Source: Nonomuraea sp. (lineage in GTDB: Bacteria > Actinomycetota > Actinomycetes > Streptosporangiales > Streptosporangiaceae). Taken from it: 61,951 bases of DNA. Positions 38,326 through 48,004 of the stretch are shown one piece after another. The DNA is taken from the NCBI GenBank assembly GCA_036276095.1, contig DASUCK010000074.1, positions 1 through 61,951 on the forward strand, in the 5' to 3' direction. Numbering within the stretch: position 1 is the stretch's first letter; every line of letters starts with the position of its first letter. The notes beneath the pieces are model-generated. The model saw only the letters and a program-made list of their open reading frames with translations, made no database searches and had not been told where the DNA came from. Made by a program: the position numbers and the translations under genes.

Positions 38326-40020
38326 ATGTCGAAGCTCGACCGCCGGCACTTCCTCGTCACGGGGTTAGCCGCAGGCGCCGCGGCGGCCATCCCCGCCACG
38401 GCCGCGCACGCCGACGACCCCGACCCCGCCGCCGAGACCGCTGCCGGGACCGCCCAGGGCCTGGCCTCGCGCGGGCTGCGAGCCGATCCGTTCACGCTGG
38501 GCGTCGCCTCCGGAGACCCCGACCACGAGGGCTTCGTCATCTGGACCAGGCTCGCCCAGGAGCCCCTCGCCGAGGACGGCCTCGGCGGCATGCCGCAGCG
38601 GCCCTTCGTGGTGCGGTGGCAGGTGTACGCCGACGAGCGGCTGCGCCGCGTCGTACGCTCCGGCGTCGCCCTGGCCACGCCGGAATGGGGCCACGGCGTC
38701 CACGTCGAGCTCGACCGCCTCAGCTCCGACCGGGAGTACTGGTACCGCTTCCGCGTCGGCCCGTACGTCTCCCCGGCCGGCCGCGCCCGTACCGCCCCGC
38801 ACCCCCTGTCGTACGGCGGCGCCCTGACCATGGCCTTCGTCTCCTGCGCCCAGTACGAGCACGGCTACTTCACGTCGTACCGCCGGCTGGCCGAGGAGAA
38901 CCCCGACCTCGTCCTGCACCTCGGCGACTACCAGTACGAGTACACCAGGGACACCTACACCATCCCCGGCGGCAACATCCGCCACCACGAGGGCCCCGAG
39001 ACCGAGACGCTGGCCAACTACCGCCAGCGCCACGCCCAGTACAAGGCCGACCCCGATCTGCAGGCCGCGCACGCCGCCTGCCCCTGGCTGGTCGTCTGGG
39101 ACGATCACGAGCTGGACAACAACTGGGCCGACGAGGTGCCCGAGCGGCCGGAGAACCCGCAGCCGAACTTCCCGGCCCGCCGCGCGGCCGCCTTCCGCGC
39201 CTACTACGAGAACATGCCGCTGCGCCGCGTCTCCGTGCCGCGCGGCGTCGACATGCAGCTCTACCGCCGCGTCCGGTGGGGCCGGATGGCCACCTTCCAC
39301 ATGCTGGACACCCGCCAGTACCGCGACGACCAGGGCTGCGGCGACGGCTACCGCGACTGCCCCGCCGCCGTCGACCCGGCCCGCTCGATCACCGGCGCCG
39401 AGCAGGAGGAGTGGCTGCTGGACGGGTTCCACCACTCCAGGGCGCAGTGGGACATCCTCGGGCAGCAGGTGTTCTTCGCCCAGCGTGACAACAACGCCGG
39501 CCCCGCCAAGATCACCAGCCAGGACGCCTGGGACGGCTACGTCGCCTCCCGCCGCCGCATCACGCAGGGCTGGCTCGACGCCAAGGTGCGCAACCCGGTC
39601 GTGCTCACCGGCGACGTGCACGCGCACTGGGCCGGCGACCTCAAGCTCGACTACGACGACCCGACCGGGCCGACCGTGGGCTCGGAGCTGGTGGCCACGT
39701 CGATCTCCACCGGCGGCAACGGCGCCGACTCCGACCCCGCCGCGCATCCGTTCCTGCAGATCAACCCGCACCTGAAGTTCTACAACAACCAGCGCGGCTA
39801 CGTGCTGACGACGATCGGGCGCGAGCAGCTGACCGCCGACTTCAAGGTCGTGCCCCGGGTCACCGAGCCCGGCGCCGAGGTCTACACGCGCGCCACGTTC
39901 GTGGTCGAGGACCGCGTGCCCGGGGTGCGGCAGACGTACCTGAGGCCGCTGGACCCGGCGCTCCGCACCGCCCCGATGACGATCGAGGCGACCGTCCGCC
40001 TGGAGACCGAGCGCCCGTAG
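38326..40020 (+). CDS. phoD: Tat-secreted alkaline phosphatase D
   Basis: DRRHFL Tat motif, FTLGVASGDP, HLGDY.YE, WDDHE, LDTRQYR, DAWDGY and TGDVH. Confidence 0.95.
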   Translation: MSKLDRRHFLVTGLAAGAAAAIPATAAHADDPDPAAETAAGTAQGLASRGLRADPFTLGVASGDPDHEGFVIWTRLAQEPLAEDGLGGMPQRPFVVRWQVYADERLRRVVRSGVALATPEWGHGVHVELDRLSSDREYWYRFRVGPYVSPAGRARTAPHPLSYGGALTMAFVSCAQYEHGYFTSYRRLAEENPDLVLHLGDYQYEYTRDTYTIPGGNIRHHEGPETETLANYRQRHAQYKADPDLQAAHAACPWLVVWDDHELDNNWADEVPERPENPQPNFPARRAAAFRAYYENMPLRRVSVPRGVDMQLYRRVRWGRMATFHMLDTRQYRDDQGCGDGYRDCPAAVDPARSITGAEQEEWLLDGFHHSRAQWDILGQQVFFAQRDNNAGPAKITSQDAWDGYVASRRRITQGWLDAKVRNPVVLTGDVHAHWAGDLKLDYDDPTGPTVGSELVATSISTGGNGADSDPAAHPFLQINPHLKFYNNQRGYVLTTIGREQLTADFKVVPRVTEPGAEVYTRATFVVEDRVPGVRQTYLRPLDPALRTAPMTIEATVRLETERP

Positions 40021-40196
40021 GCGAGCGGGGGAGCCCGTCCCGTCCCGTGGGGCTATCGGCCATCGCCCGAGGGCGCGGGCCCCTTCCTCGGCACCGCCAC
40101 GCTCATGGCCGTCACCGTCCGCCGGGCTCGCCGGAAGACGCCGGGCGATCCTGGTGTTGAATGGTCTGAACCCGCACCCGGACGGAAGGATCGACT

Positions 40197-40775
40197 GTGC
40201 CCACGATCGGTGTACTCGCTCTCCAGGGAGACGTGCGCGAGCATGCGCGCATGCTCCAGGAGGCAGGCGCGACGGCCGTCGCCGTACGCAGGCCCGCCGA
40301 GCTGGACGCGGTCGACGCCCTGGTCGTCCCCGGCGGCGAGTCGACCACCATGTGGAAGCTCGCCGAGACCTTCGACCTCCTCCAGCCGCTGCGGCTGCGG
40401 GTCAAGGAAGGCATGCCCGCCTACGGCTCCTGCGCCGGCATGATCATGCTGGCCGACCGGATCGAGGACGGCGTCCCCGGGCAGCAGACGGTCGGCGGCA
40501 TCGACATGGTGGTCAGGCGCAACGCGTTCGGCCGCCAGGTCGACTCGTTCGAGTCGGACCTGGACTTCGCGGGCCACGAGGTGCACGCGGTCTTCATCCG
40601 CGCGCCCTGGGTCGAATCCGTCGGCGCCGACGTGGTAGTGCTGGGCCGGTGCGAGCCTGGGGATAGGATCGTCGCGGTCCGTCAAGGTCCGTTGCTCGCG
40701 ACGTCGTTCCATCCCGAGCTGACCGGGGACACTCGCGTGCACCGTTACTTCGTAGACATGGTGAGGGAGCTCTAA
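40197..40775 (+). CDS. pdxT: PLP synthase glutaminase subunit
   Basis: GVLALQG, PGGESTT, GSCAG and FHPE. Confidence 0.97.
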   Translation: MPTIGVLALQGDVREHARMLQEAGATAVAVRRPAELDAVDALVVPGGESTTMWKLAETFDLLQPLRLRVKEGMPAYGSCAGMIMLADRIEDGVPGQQTVGGIDMVVRRNAFGRQVDSFESDLDFAGHEVHAVFIRAPWVESVGADVVVLGRCEPGDRIVAVRQGPLLATSFHPELTGDTRVHRYFVDMVREL

Positions 40776-40778
40776 GTA

Positions 40779-41534
40779 ATGTCCGGCCACTCCAAATGGG
40801 CGACGACGAAGCACAAGAAGGCCGCGCTCGACGCCAAGCGGGGCAAGCTGTTCGCCAAGCTCATCAAGAACATCGAAGTGGCGGCCCGCACCGGTGGCCC
40901 TGACCCGGACGCCAACCCCACCCTCTTCGACGCCATCTACAAGGCGAAGAAGAACTCCGTGCCCAACGACAACATCGAGCGGGCCCGCAAGCGCGGCGGC
41001 GGTCTGGAGGCCGGCGGCGCCGAATACCAGACGATCATGTACGAGGGCTACGCGCCGGGCGGGGTCGCCGTCCTCATCGAGTGCCTCACCGACAACCGCA
41101 ACCGCGCCGCCTCCGAGGTGCGCGTCGCGCTGACCCGCAACGGCGGCTCCCTGGCCGATCCCGGCTCGGTCTCCTACATGTTCAACCGCAAGGGCGTCGT
41201 GATCGTCCCCGGTAACGGCCTCGACGAGGACACCGTGCTCATGGCCGTCCTGGAGGCGGGCGCCGAAGAGGTCAACGACATGGGCGACTCGTTCGAGGTC
41301 GTCTGCGAGGCCGGCGACCTGGTGCCCGTGCGCAAGGCGCTGCAGGACGCCGGCATCGACTACGACTCGGCCGAGTCGAGCTTCCTGCCGACGCTGAGCG
41401 TGCCGCTCGACGAGGAGGGCGCCAAGAAGGTGTTCCGCCTCGTCGAGGCCCTGGAGGACAGCGACGACGTCCAGAACGTCTACGCCAACTTCGACGTCAG
41501 CGACGCCGTCCTGGAACGCCTCGGCGCCGAGTAG
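40779..41534 (+). CDS. yebC: YebC/PmpR family protein
   Basis: [18 protein letters not shown] and TDNRNR. Confidence 0.97.
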   Translation: MSGHSKWATTKHKKAALDAKRGKLFAKLIKNIEVAARTGGPDPDANPTLFDAIYKAKKNSVPNDNIERARKRGGGLEAGGAEYQTIMYEGYAPGGVAVLIECLTDNRNRAASEVRVALTRNGGSLADPGSVSYMFNRKGVVIVPGNGLDEDTVLMAVLEAGAEEVNDMGDSFEVVCEAGDLVPVRKALQDAGIDYDSAESSFLPTLSVPLDEEGAKKVFRLVEALEDSDDVQNVYANFDVSDAVLERLGAE

Positions 41535-41807
41535 CCCGCAGCGGAGCGCTCCTGTCCCGCCCGGCTCTCCCCCCACCCGGTTCCAACTCCTCGTCCTGAG
41601 CCGTCGGGCTCGCCTGCCCTGGAACGGCCGGCGCGAGCGGGCGTCGTGGCCTGGACGTCCGGTTCTGCTGGTCGCGCACGCCGGCGCGGGGCTGCCTCGG
41701 GTGGGCGTTTCGCGTGCCCCGCGTCCGTCACCGCGTGCACGCACCCGCTCGCCCCGACCGGCCTTTCCGCGTGCGCGGGGGACGGGCGCGGCGTAGGGTC
41801 GGGCGAC

Positions 41808-43607
41808 GTGACTTCCCCCAACCCACCGCAGCCGTCCTATCGGGCGATCGGCTGGCTCCTGGCCGTGCCCGCCTTCCTCGGCGCGCTCATCACGCTGGTG
41901 CTGCCGACGGGGCAGACGATCTGGCTCAGCTTCCAGAGGGGCGGCGTCCTCAGCGAGAGCACCCACGTCGGGTTCGACAACTACGGCCGGCTGCTCGGCG
42001 ACGGCGCGTTCTGGCGGGCGCTGGGATTCACGCTCTCCCTCACCCTCGTGCCGCTGCTGGTGGCCGTCGTGGTGGGGCCGCTGCTGGCCGTGGCCCTCGA
42101 CCGGGCGGGGACCTGGCCCCGGCGGGCCGGGCGGATCGCGCTGTCGCTGGCGATCGTCACGTTCTCGCCGGTGGGCGTGGCGGCCGCCTGGTTCCGTTCG
42201 CTCACCCCGGAGGCGTCCGGGCTGCTCGCGCTGGGCGAAGGTCTGCGCGATCCCGCCACGGCCCCTGGAACGCTCCGGCTGATCATAGGGGTGGCGACGT
42301 TCGGGCTGGTGTGCGCGCTCGCGACGATCGCGTTCCTTCCCGCCCTGCGCGGCGGCACCCCCGTCGGGTCCACGGTCGCCGTCGGGGGGCTCGTGGCGCT
42401 GGCCGCGATCGCCGCCGGGCTCCAGACGTTCTCCATCGCGCTGGTGCTCACCGGGGGAGGCCCTCAGCGCTCCACAGAGACGCTGGCACTGCTTCAGTAC
42501 CACTACGCCTTCCGGCTGGCCGACTTCGGCCCTGGAGCGGCCGTGGCGACCGTCACAGGGGTGATCCTGGGCGGGCTGGGCGTCGTCGCCGCCATCGTCG
42601 TCGTGGCCTCGCGGATGCGCCTCTCGCTCGCCAAGGCCGCCACGACCGGCCCCTCGGGGCTCGCGCCGGCCACGTCGCCCCAGGCACCGTACGCGGGGCC
42701 GTCCGGGCGGCCGGTCGGCGGGCCGGGCGCGCCGCCGCCTCCGCCCTCCGCGGGGCCGCTCGGTTCCCCGCCCTCGGCGGGGCCGCACGGCGATCCGCGC
42801 ACCGTGGGACCGTTCCCTTCGGCGCGTTCGTCCGGATCGCCGGGCTTCCCGGCCCGTTCCTCAGGTCCGGCCGTCGGGATCGTGGCGCTGGTCGTCGTCG
42901 TGGCCGTGGGGGTGCTGCTGACCTGGCCGTGGATCTCCGGGGCGCTGTCCTCCGACGGCGCCGGCGCCCCGGCGGGCGGGCTGCGTACGCAGGTCAACAC
43001 CTGGGTGCCGGCCGTCGCGGGGGCCTTGGTCTCGGTCGGCGTGGCGTACCTCGCGGCGCTCGGGATCGGGGGGCTGCGACCGCTGGGGCGGCGGAGCGAG
43101 TGGTTGCTGGCGGTGTTCGCGCCCTGGCTGTTCGTCGGCCCTGGCCCGCTCGGCGTCGCGAACTGGCAGAACATGCGCGACCTCGGCCTGCTCAACACCT
43201 TCCTCGGGCTCTTCCCGCCCCTGCTGGTGAGCGTGCCGGCCCTGTTCGTGCTCACCCTGCTCTGCAAGGGCCTGGCCGAACGTGGCAACCGGGACTTCTT
43301 CGGCAGCGTGGTCCTGCCCTCGCTGCCCATGGCCGGCATCCTCGCGGGCGCCGTCGCGCTGGTGAACGCCCAGAGCCTCTACTGGCCGCTGCTGACCGCC
43401 CAGGACCCCGACCTGTTCACCGCGCCGGTCGCCCAGATGACCCAGCTCAACCGGTTCGCGGGCGCCACCCCCGCCGTGGGCCTGACCACGCCGCTGCTCG
43501 TGGTCGTGGTCGCGCTGGCCGCCGTCGTGGCCGCTCAGCTGGGCTACCTGGACAGGCTCGCCGTGTCGACGGCAAAGGGGTCGCGACCCGGCGGCCCGGC
43601 CGCCTAA
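41808..43607 (+). CDS. Fused two-domain carbohydrate ABC permease-like protein, degenerate
   Basis: MalF-like half (VGFDNY..LL.D..FW.AL, LTGGGP..STETL, AF...DFG.GAA), a Pro/Gly linker, then a MalG-like half (LGLLNT, VVLPSLP, LYWPLL). Confidence 0.75.
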   Translation: MTSPNPPQPSYRAIGWLLAVPAFLGALITLVLPTGQTIWLSFQRGGVLSESTHVGFDNYGRLLGDGAFWRALGFTLSLTLVPLLVAVVVGPLLAVALDRAGTWPRRAGRIALSLAIVTFSPVGVAAAWFRSLTPEASGLLALGEGLRDPATAPGTLRLIIGVATFGLVCALATIAFLPALRGGTPVGSTVAVGGLVALAAIAAGLQTFSIALVLTGGGPQRSTETLALLQYHYAFRLADFGPGAAVATVTGVILGGLGVVAAIVVVASRMRLSLAKAATTGPSGLAPATSPQAPYAGPSGRPVGGPGAPPPPPSAGPLGSPPSAGPHGDPRTVGPFPSARSSGSPGFPARSSGPAVGIVALVVVVAVGVLLTWPWISGALSSDGAGAPAGGLRTQVNTWVPAVAGALVSVGVAYLAALGIGGLRPLGRRSEWLLAVFAPWLFVGPGPLGVANWQNMRDLGLLNTFLGLFPPLLVSVPALFVLTLLCKGLAERGNRDFFGSVVLPSLPMAGILAGAVALVNAQSLYWPLLTAQDPDLFTAPVAQMTQLNRFAGATPAVGLTTPLLVVVVALAAVVAAQLGYLDRLAVSTAKGSRPGGPAA

Positions 43608-43618
43608 CGTGGTCCGTC

Positions 43619-44776
43619 GTGGACATTCGCGATCTGACCGTCGACGACCTTGACGACGTCCTCGACCTCCGCAAGCGCTCGTTCGGCTACCTTTCCGCCT
43701 CCGACGTGGAGAGGTGGCGGCAGGTGACGCCCCCTGTGCTGCGCGAGGGGCGCTACCTGGGCGCGTTCGACGGCACCCGGCTGGCCGCCGCCGCCCGGCT
43801 GCGGCAGTTCACCCAGTGGTGGCACGGCAGGCCGCAGCCGATGGCGGGCGTCGCGGGCGTCACGGTCAGCCCCGAGGACCGCGGGCGCGGCGTCGGCACG
43901 CGGATCATGCGCGCGGTCATCGACCGCGCCGTGGCGCTCGGGGACGCGGTGTCCGCGCTTTATCCGGCCACCACGCCGGTCTACCGCGGCCTCGGGTACG
44001 AGCACGCCGGCGCCCAGCACAACGTCCGCCTCCCCGCCGAGGCCCTGCGCCAGATCCGCCCGTCCGGGCAGGTCAAGCTGCGCAGGATGGGCCCCGCCGA
44101 CGCCGCCGACGTCGTCGCCCTCCTCCACCGCGTGTACGCGGCCACCCGGGCCAGCGGCCCCGTCTCCTACGACGAGCGCACCTGGGCCCTGTGGCTCGAC
44201 GACGAGGACGACTTCCTCTACCTGGCCGACGACGGCTTCCTGATCTACCGGTGGAAGGGCGACGACATCCTGGTCGACACCCTCGTCGCCGGCTCCGGCG
44301 ACACCGCCAGGGCCCTGTGGTCCGTCGTCGGCAGCGCCTCCTCGATCGCGCAGCACGTCATCGCGCCCGTGGCCCCCGACGACCCGGTGCTGTGGATGCT
44401 GCGCGAGCGCGGGAAGGAGCAGGTGACACAGCGGCGGTGGATGCTCAGGGTCCTGGACGTCGCCGCGGCGATCGAGCGCAGGGGCTACCCGGCGGCCGTG
44501 ACCTGCGAGGCCGTGGTCACCGTGGAGGACCGGGTGCGCGGCGGGGACACGTGGCGGCTGGAGTTCGCCGGCGGGTCGGGCGCGGCGACGCCGGTCGGGG
44601 AGTCCGCGCCTGGAGCGCCCGGTGTCGTGCTCAGCGCGAACGGCCTGGCCGCTCTCTACTCCGGCATCCCGTCGGCCACCCTCCGCCTCGCGGGGCTTAT
44701 GTCCGGCGACGACCGGTACGACGAGGGCCTCGACGCGGTCTTCGCCGCCAAGCCGTACATGCTCGACTACTTCTGA
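43619..44776 (+). CDS. Eis-like GNAT acetyltransferase
   Basis: [19 protein letters not shown]...VYRGLGYE, tandem GNAT plus SCP2-like tail, ending in DYF. Confidence 0.88.
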   Translation: MDIRDLTVDDLDDVLDLRKRSFGYLSASDVERWRQVTPPVLREGRYLGAFDGTRLAAAARLRQFTQWWHGRPQPMAGVAGVTVSPEDRGRGVGTRIMRAVIDRAVALGDAVSALYPATTPVYRGLGYEHAGAQHNVRLPAEALRQIRPSGQVKLRRMGPADAADVVALLHRVYAATRASGPVSYDERTWALWLDDEDDFLYLADDGFLIYRWKGDDILVDTLVAGSGDTARALWSVVGSASSIAQHVIAPVAPDDPVLWMLRERGKEQVTQRRWMLRVLDVAAAIERRGYPAAVTCEAVVTVEDRVRGGDTWRLEFAGGSGAATPVGESAPGAPGVVLSANGLAALYSGIPSATLRLAGLMSGDDRYDEGLDAVFAAKPYMLDYF

Positions 44777-44846
44777 CAGGCTCGACCCGCGCGGCGCCGG
44801 GCGTTGCGCGATGCGCGGTCGCCGCGACCGGGGTAGAGTCTCGTGC

Positions 44847-44860
44847 CGAACAGATGTTCG
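44847..44860. promoter_or_regulatory. LexA SOS box upstream of ruvC
   Basis: Perfect CGAAC-agat-GTTCG just downstream of a TAGAGT -10-like hexamer (44834-44839). Confidence 0.85.
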
Positions 44861-44898
44861 GCGGTCGGATGGTCGGCGGCGGCGGGAGGGGCAGACCG

Positions 44899-45429
44899 GT
44901 GCGGGTGATGGGCGTCGATCCGGGGTTGACCCGGTGCGGTCTGGGCGCGGTCGAGGGGCGGCCGGGGGCGCCTCTGTCGCTGGTGGCCGTGGGTGTCGTC
45001 CGCACCGGCGCCGACGAGGAGCTGGGCACGCGGCTGCTCGGCATCGAGGCGGGGATCGAGCGGTGGCTCGACGACGTCCGTCCCGACGCGGTAGCGGTCG
45101 AGCGGGTCTTCAGCCAGCACAACGTACGCACGGTCATGGGCACCGCCCAGGCCGCCGGCATCGCGGTGCTGTGCGCGGCCAGGCGCGGGCTGCCGGTGGC
45201 GCTGCACACGCCGTCCGAGGTCAAGGCTGCCATCACCGGCAGCGGCACCGCCGACAAGAAGCAGATCGGCTCCATGGTCACCCGCCTGCTGCGCCTGTCC
45301 GAGATGCCCAGGCCCGCCGACGCCGCCGACGCCCTAGCCCTGGCCATCTGCCATATCTGGCGCGGCGGCGCCCAAACTCGCCTGGCCGCCGCCCTGGCCA
45401 AAGCCACCCGGAAGGACGCCCGCCTGTGA
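44899..45429 (+). CDS. ruvC: Holliday junction resolvase
   Basis: [17 protein letters not shown] and [13 protein letters not shown]. Confidence 0.97.
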   Translation: MRVMGVDPGLTRCGLGAVEGRPGAPLSLVAVGVVRTGADEELGTRLLGIEAGIERWLDDVRPDAVAVERVFSQHNVRTVMGTAQAAGIAVLCAARRGLPVALHTPSEVKAAITGSGTADKKQIGSMVTRLLRLSEMPRPADAADALALAICHIWRGGAQTRLAAALAKATRKDARL

Positions 45430-45532
45430 CGGGCCGCCCGGCGGCGCAGGGGCGCGGTGCCGCGAGAGGACCAGTGGCGACCAGGTGGCGCGGTGCCGCG
45501 GGCATGCGAGGCGCAGGGAAGGTCGTGGTGTT

Positions 45533-46153
45533 GTGATCGCGTCAGTCGCGGGAAAGGTCATGGCGATCGCTCCCGACGCGGCCGTCATCGAGGTCGGCGG
45601 CGTGGGCGTCCTCACCCACTGCACCCCCGGCACGCTCGCCACCTTGCGGATCGGCGACGACGCCCGCCTGGCCACGTCCCTCGTCGTCCGCGAGGAGTCC
45701 CTCACCCTCTACGGCTTCGCCACCGACGACGAGCGCGCCGTCTTCGAGCTCCTCCAGACCGCCAGTGGCGTCGGTCCCAAGCTCGCCCTCGCCATGCTCG
45801 CCGTCCACACGCCCAACGCGTTGCGCGTCGCCGTGGCCAGCGCCGATCTCAAGGCCCTCACGCAGGTGCCGGGCATCGGCCAGAAAGGCGCCCAGCGCAT
45901 CGTGCTGGAGCTGAAGGACCGGCTCGGCACACCCGAGGAAGCCGTCAACGCCGCGCTCAACGGCGGACGCCGGACGGCGGTGTGGCGCGAACAGGTCCAC
46001 TCGGGCCTCGTCGGGCTCGGCTACTCCAGCAAGGACGCCGACGAGGCGATCGCCACCGTGGAGCCCGACGCCGACGCCGAACTCGCCGCCGGCCGCCAAC
46101 CCCAGGTCGCCGCCCTGTTGAAGGCCGCCCTCCGCGCCCTGAGCATCCGATGA
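45533..46153 (+). CDS. ruvA: Holliday junction branch migration protein
   Basis: VIEVGGVG, VREESLTLYGF, SGVGPKLA and PGIGQKGAQR. Confidence 0.97.
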   Translation: MIASVAGKVMAIAPDAAVIEVGGVGVLTHCTPGTLATLRIGDDARLATSLVVREESLTLYGFATDDERAVFELLQTASGVGPKLALAMLAVHTPNALRVAVASADLKALTQVPGIGQKGAQRIVLELKDRLGTPEEAVNAALNGGRRTAVWREQVHSGLVGLGYSSKDADEAIATVEPDADAELAAGRQPQVAALLKAALRALSIR

Positions 46154-46348
46154 CCCCGCGCCTCCTCCCGCCCACCCGGAGCCCCACGCCGGCCCCCACC
46201 CTCCGCAAACACGCCTCTGCCGAGCGCCCGCCGATGGTGCGGGGTGGCGTGCGGATCGTGCGTGGTGGTGTGCGGGGTGGTGTGTGGTGGGCCGGGGAGG
46301 TCGGTGCGCTGGTGGTGGGGACGCAGTCGGTGAGGAGGTGGGGTTGGC

Positions 46349-47380
46349 GTGGGGTTTGAGCGCGAGCTCGTGTCGGCCGCGGCGACGGGTGACGAGCTGC
46401 AGATCGAGGCGGCGTTGCGGCCCAAGCGGCTGGCCGAGTTCATCGGTCAGGGCCGGGTGCGCGAGCAGCTGTCGCTCGTGCTGGAGAGCGCCCTGCGCCG
46501 GCGGCGGCCGCCGGACCACGTGCTGATGAGCGGCTCCCCGGGGCTCGGCAAGACCACCCTGTCCATGATCATAGCCGCCGAGCTGAACGCGCCGCTGCGC
46601 GTCACCTCGGGCCCGGCCCTGGAGCGGGCCGGCGACCTCGCGGCCATCCTGTCCACGCTGGCCGAGGGCGAGGTTCTGTTCATCGACGAGATCCACCGCA
46701 TGGCCAGGCCCGCCGAGGAGATGCTCTACCTCGCGATGGAGGACTTCCGGGTCGACATCGTGGTCGGCAAGGGTCCGGGCGCGACCGCCATCCCGCTCGA
46801 CGTGGCCCCGTTCACCCTGGTCGGCGCCACCACGCGGGCGGGCCTGCTGCCCGCGCCGCTGCGCGACCGGTTCGGCTTCACCGCCCACATGGACTTCTAC
46901 GACGTCGGCGAGCTGGAGCAGGTGCTCTACCGCTCGGCCCGGCTGCTCGGCGTCGACCTGCCGCCCGACGGCGCCCACGAGATCGCCCGCCGTTCGCGCG
47001 GCACGCCCCGCATCACCAACCGCCTGCTCAGACGCGTACGCGACTTCGCCGACGTCCGCGCCGACGGCCTGATCAACCGTGAGATCGCCTCGGCCGCCCT
47101 CGACCTGTACGAGGTCGACGCCGAGGGGCTCGACCGGCTCGACCGGGCGGTGCTCGGCGTGCTGTTGAAGAAGTTCGGCGGCGGCCCGGTCGGCCTGTCC
47201 ACGCTGGCGGTGGCCGTGGGGGAGGAGCCGGAGACGGTCGAGGTGGTGGCCGAGCCGTTCCTCGTCCGCCAAGGTCTGCTGGCCAGAACGCCGCGCGGCC
47301 GGGTCGCGACCGCGGCGGCCTGGACTCACCTGGGCATGACCCCGCCTCCTGACGCGTTCGGGGCCGCGAATTTCGACTGA
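46349..47380 (+). CDS. ruvB: Holliday junction helicase
   Basis: [24 protein letters not shown] and RGTPR. Confidence 0.98.
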   Translation: MGFERELVSAAATGDELQIEAALRPKRLAEFIGQGRVREQLSLVLESALRRRRPPDHVLMSGSPGLGKTTLSMIIAAELNAPLRVTSGPALERAGDLAAILSTLAEGEVLFIDEIHRMARPAEEMLYLAMEDFRVDIVVGKGPGATAIPLDVAPFTLVGATTRAGLLPAPLRDRFGFTAHMDFYDVGELEQVLYRSARLLGVDLPPDGAHEIARRSRGTPRITNRLLRRVRDFADVRADGLINREIASAALDLYEVDAEGLDRLDRAVLGVLLKKFGGGPVGLSTLAVAVGEEPETVEVVAEPFLVRQGLLARTPRGRVATAAAWTHLGMTPPPDAFGAANFD

Positions 47381-47592
47381 TCACAGATAGGTTGCAACCA
47401 TTTCAAATCGGGAACTTCCCCGCGCGCCGAAACGCTGCCTCGTTGCCGCGTTTCGCAACAAGCGCCTACACTCCGTGGCTTGGCTGGCTGTGTAGGCTGA
47501 CGGGCTGAGCGGCGCGGCCCGACGCAACGCACGGAATTTCCGGCGCGAGGCCGGTGTCAAGTCCTTGTACGACAATTGGAAGGTCGCCCCTG

Positions 47593-47961
47593 ATGGACAT
47601 GGGACAACTCGGAAGCATCCTGCCGCTGATTCTTCTGGTGGTGGTGTTCTACTTCCTGCTGATCCGCCCTCAGCGCAAGCGCCAGCAAGAGGCGATCCAG
47701 ATGCAGAACTCCCTGACCCCCGGCGCTCGGGTGATGACGACGACCGGCCTGTTCGGCACCGTCATCGCCGTGGACAATGAGGATGTCATACTCGAAGTCG
47801 CGCCGGGCATCGAGACCCGCTGGGTCAAGGCCGCGATCGGCCGCGTGGTCTCGCCCGGCGACGCCGCGGCGGCCGACGCCGACCAGGCAGGGGAGGGCAC
47901 GGAGCCCGAGGCCGCCGTCGATCGCAACGGCGACCAGGGCTCCGACAGCAAGCAGTCCTGA
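47593..47961 (+). CDS. yajC: Preprotein translocase subunit YajC
   Basis: FYFLLIRPQRKR and V.TT.GLFGT. Confidence 0.95.
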   Translation: MDMGQLGSILPLILLVVVFYFLLIRPQRKRQQEAIQMQNSLTPGARVMTTTGLFGTVIAVDNEDVILEVAPGIETRWVKAAIGRVVSPGDAAAADADQAGEGTEPEAAVDRNGDQGSDSKQS

Positions 47962-48004
47962 CTAAGCTCTGCGACAAACCTCTATCCGAAAGAACTGACG
48001 ACCA

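Noticed and set aside
41714-44776. 1020-aa ORF suggesting a long GNAT fusion
   Set aside because: The upstream part is an off-frame shadow of the permease gene; GNAT similarity starts at 43619.
44816-44839. PafBC/RecA-NDp-type promoter upstream of ruvC
   Set aside because: The upstream element is a poor match and its spacing to the -10 is off by one.
46154-46348. C-rich then G/T-rich ruvA-ruvB spacer as an ncRNA or small ORF
   Set aside because: It is low-complexity, with only loose complementarity and no recognisable family or coding signal.
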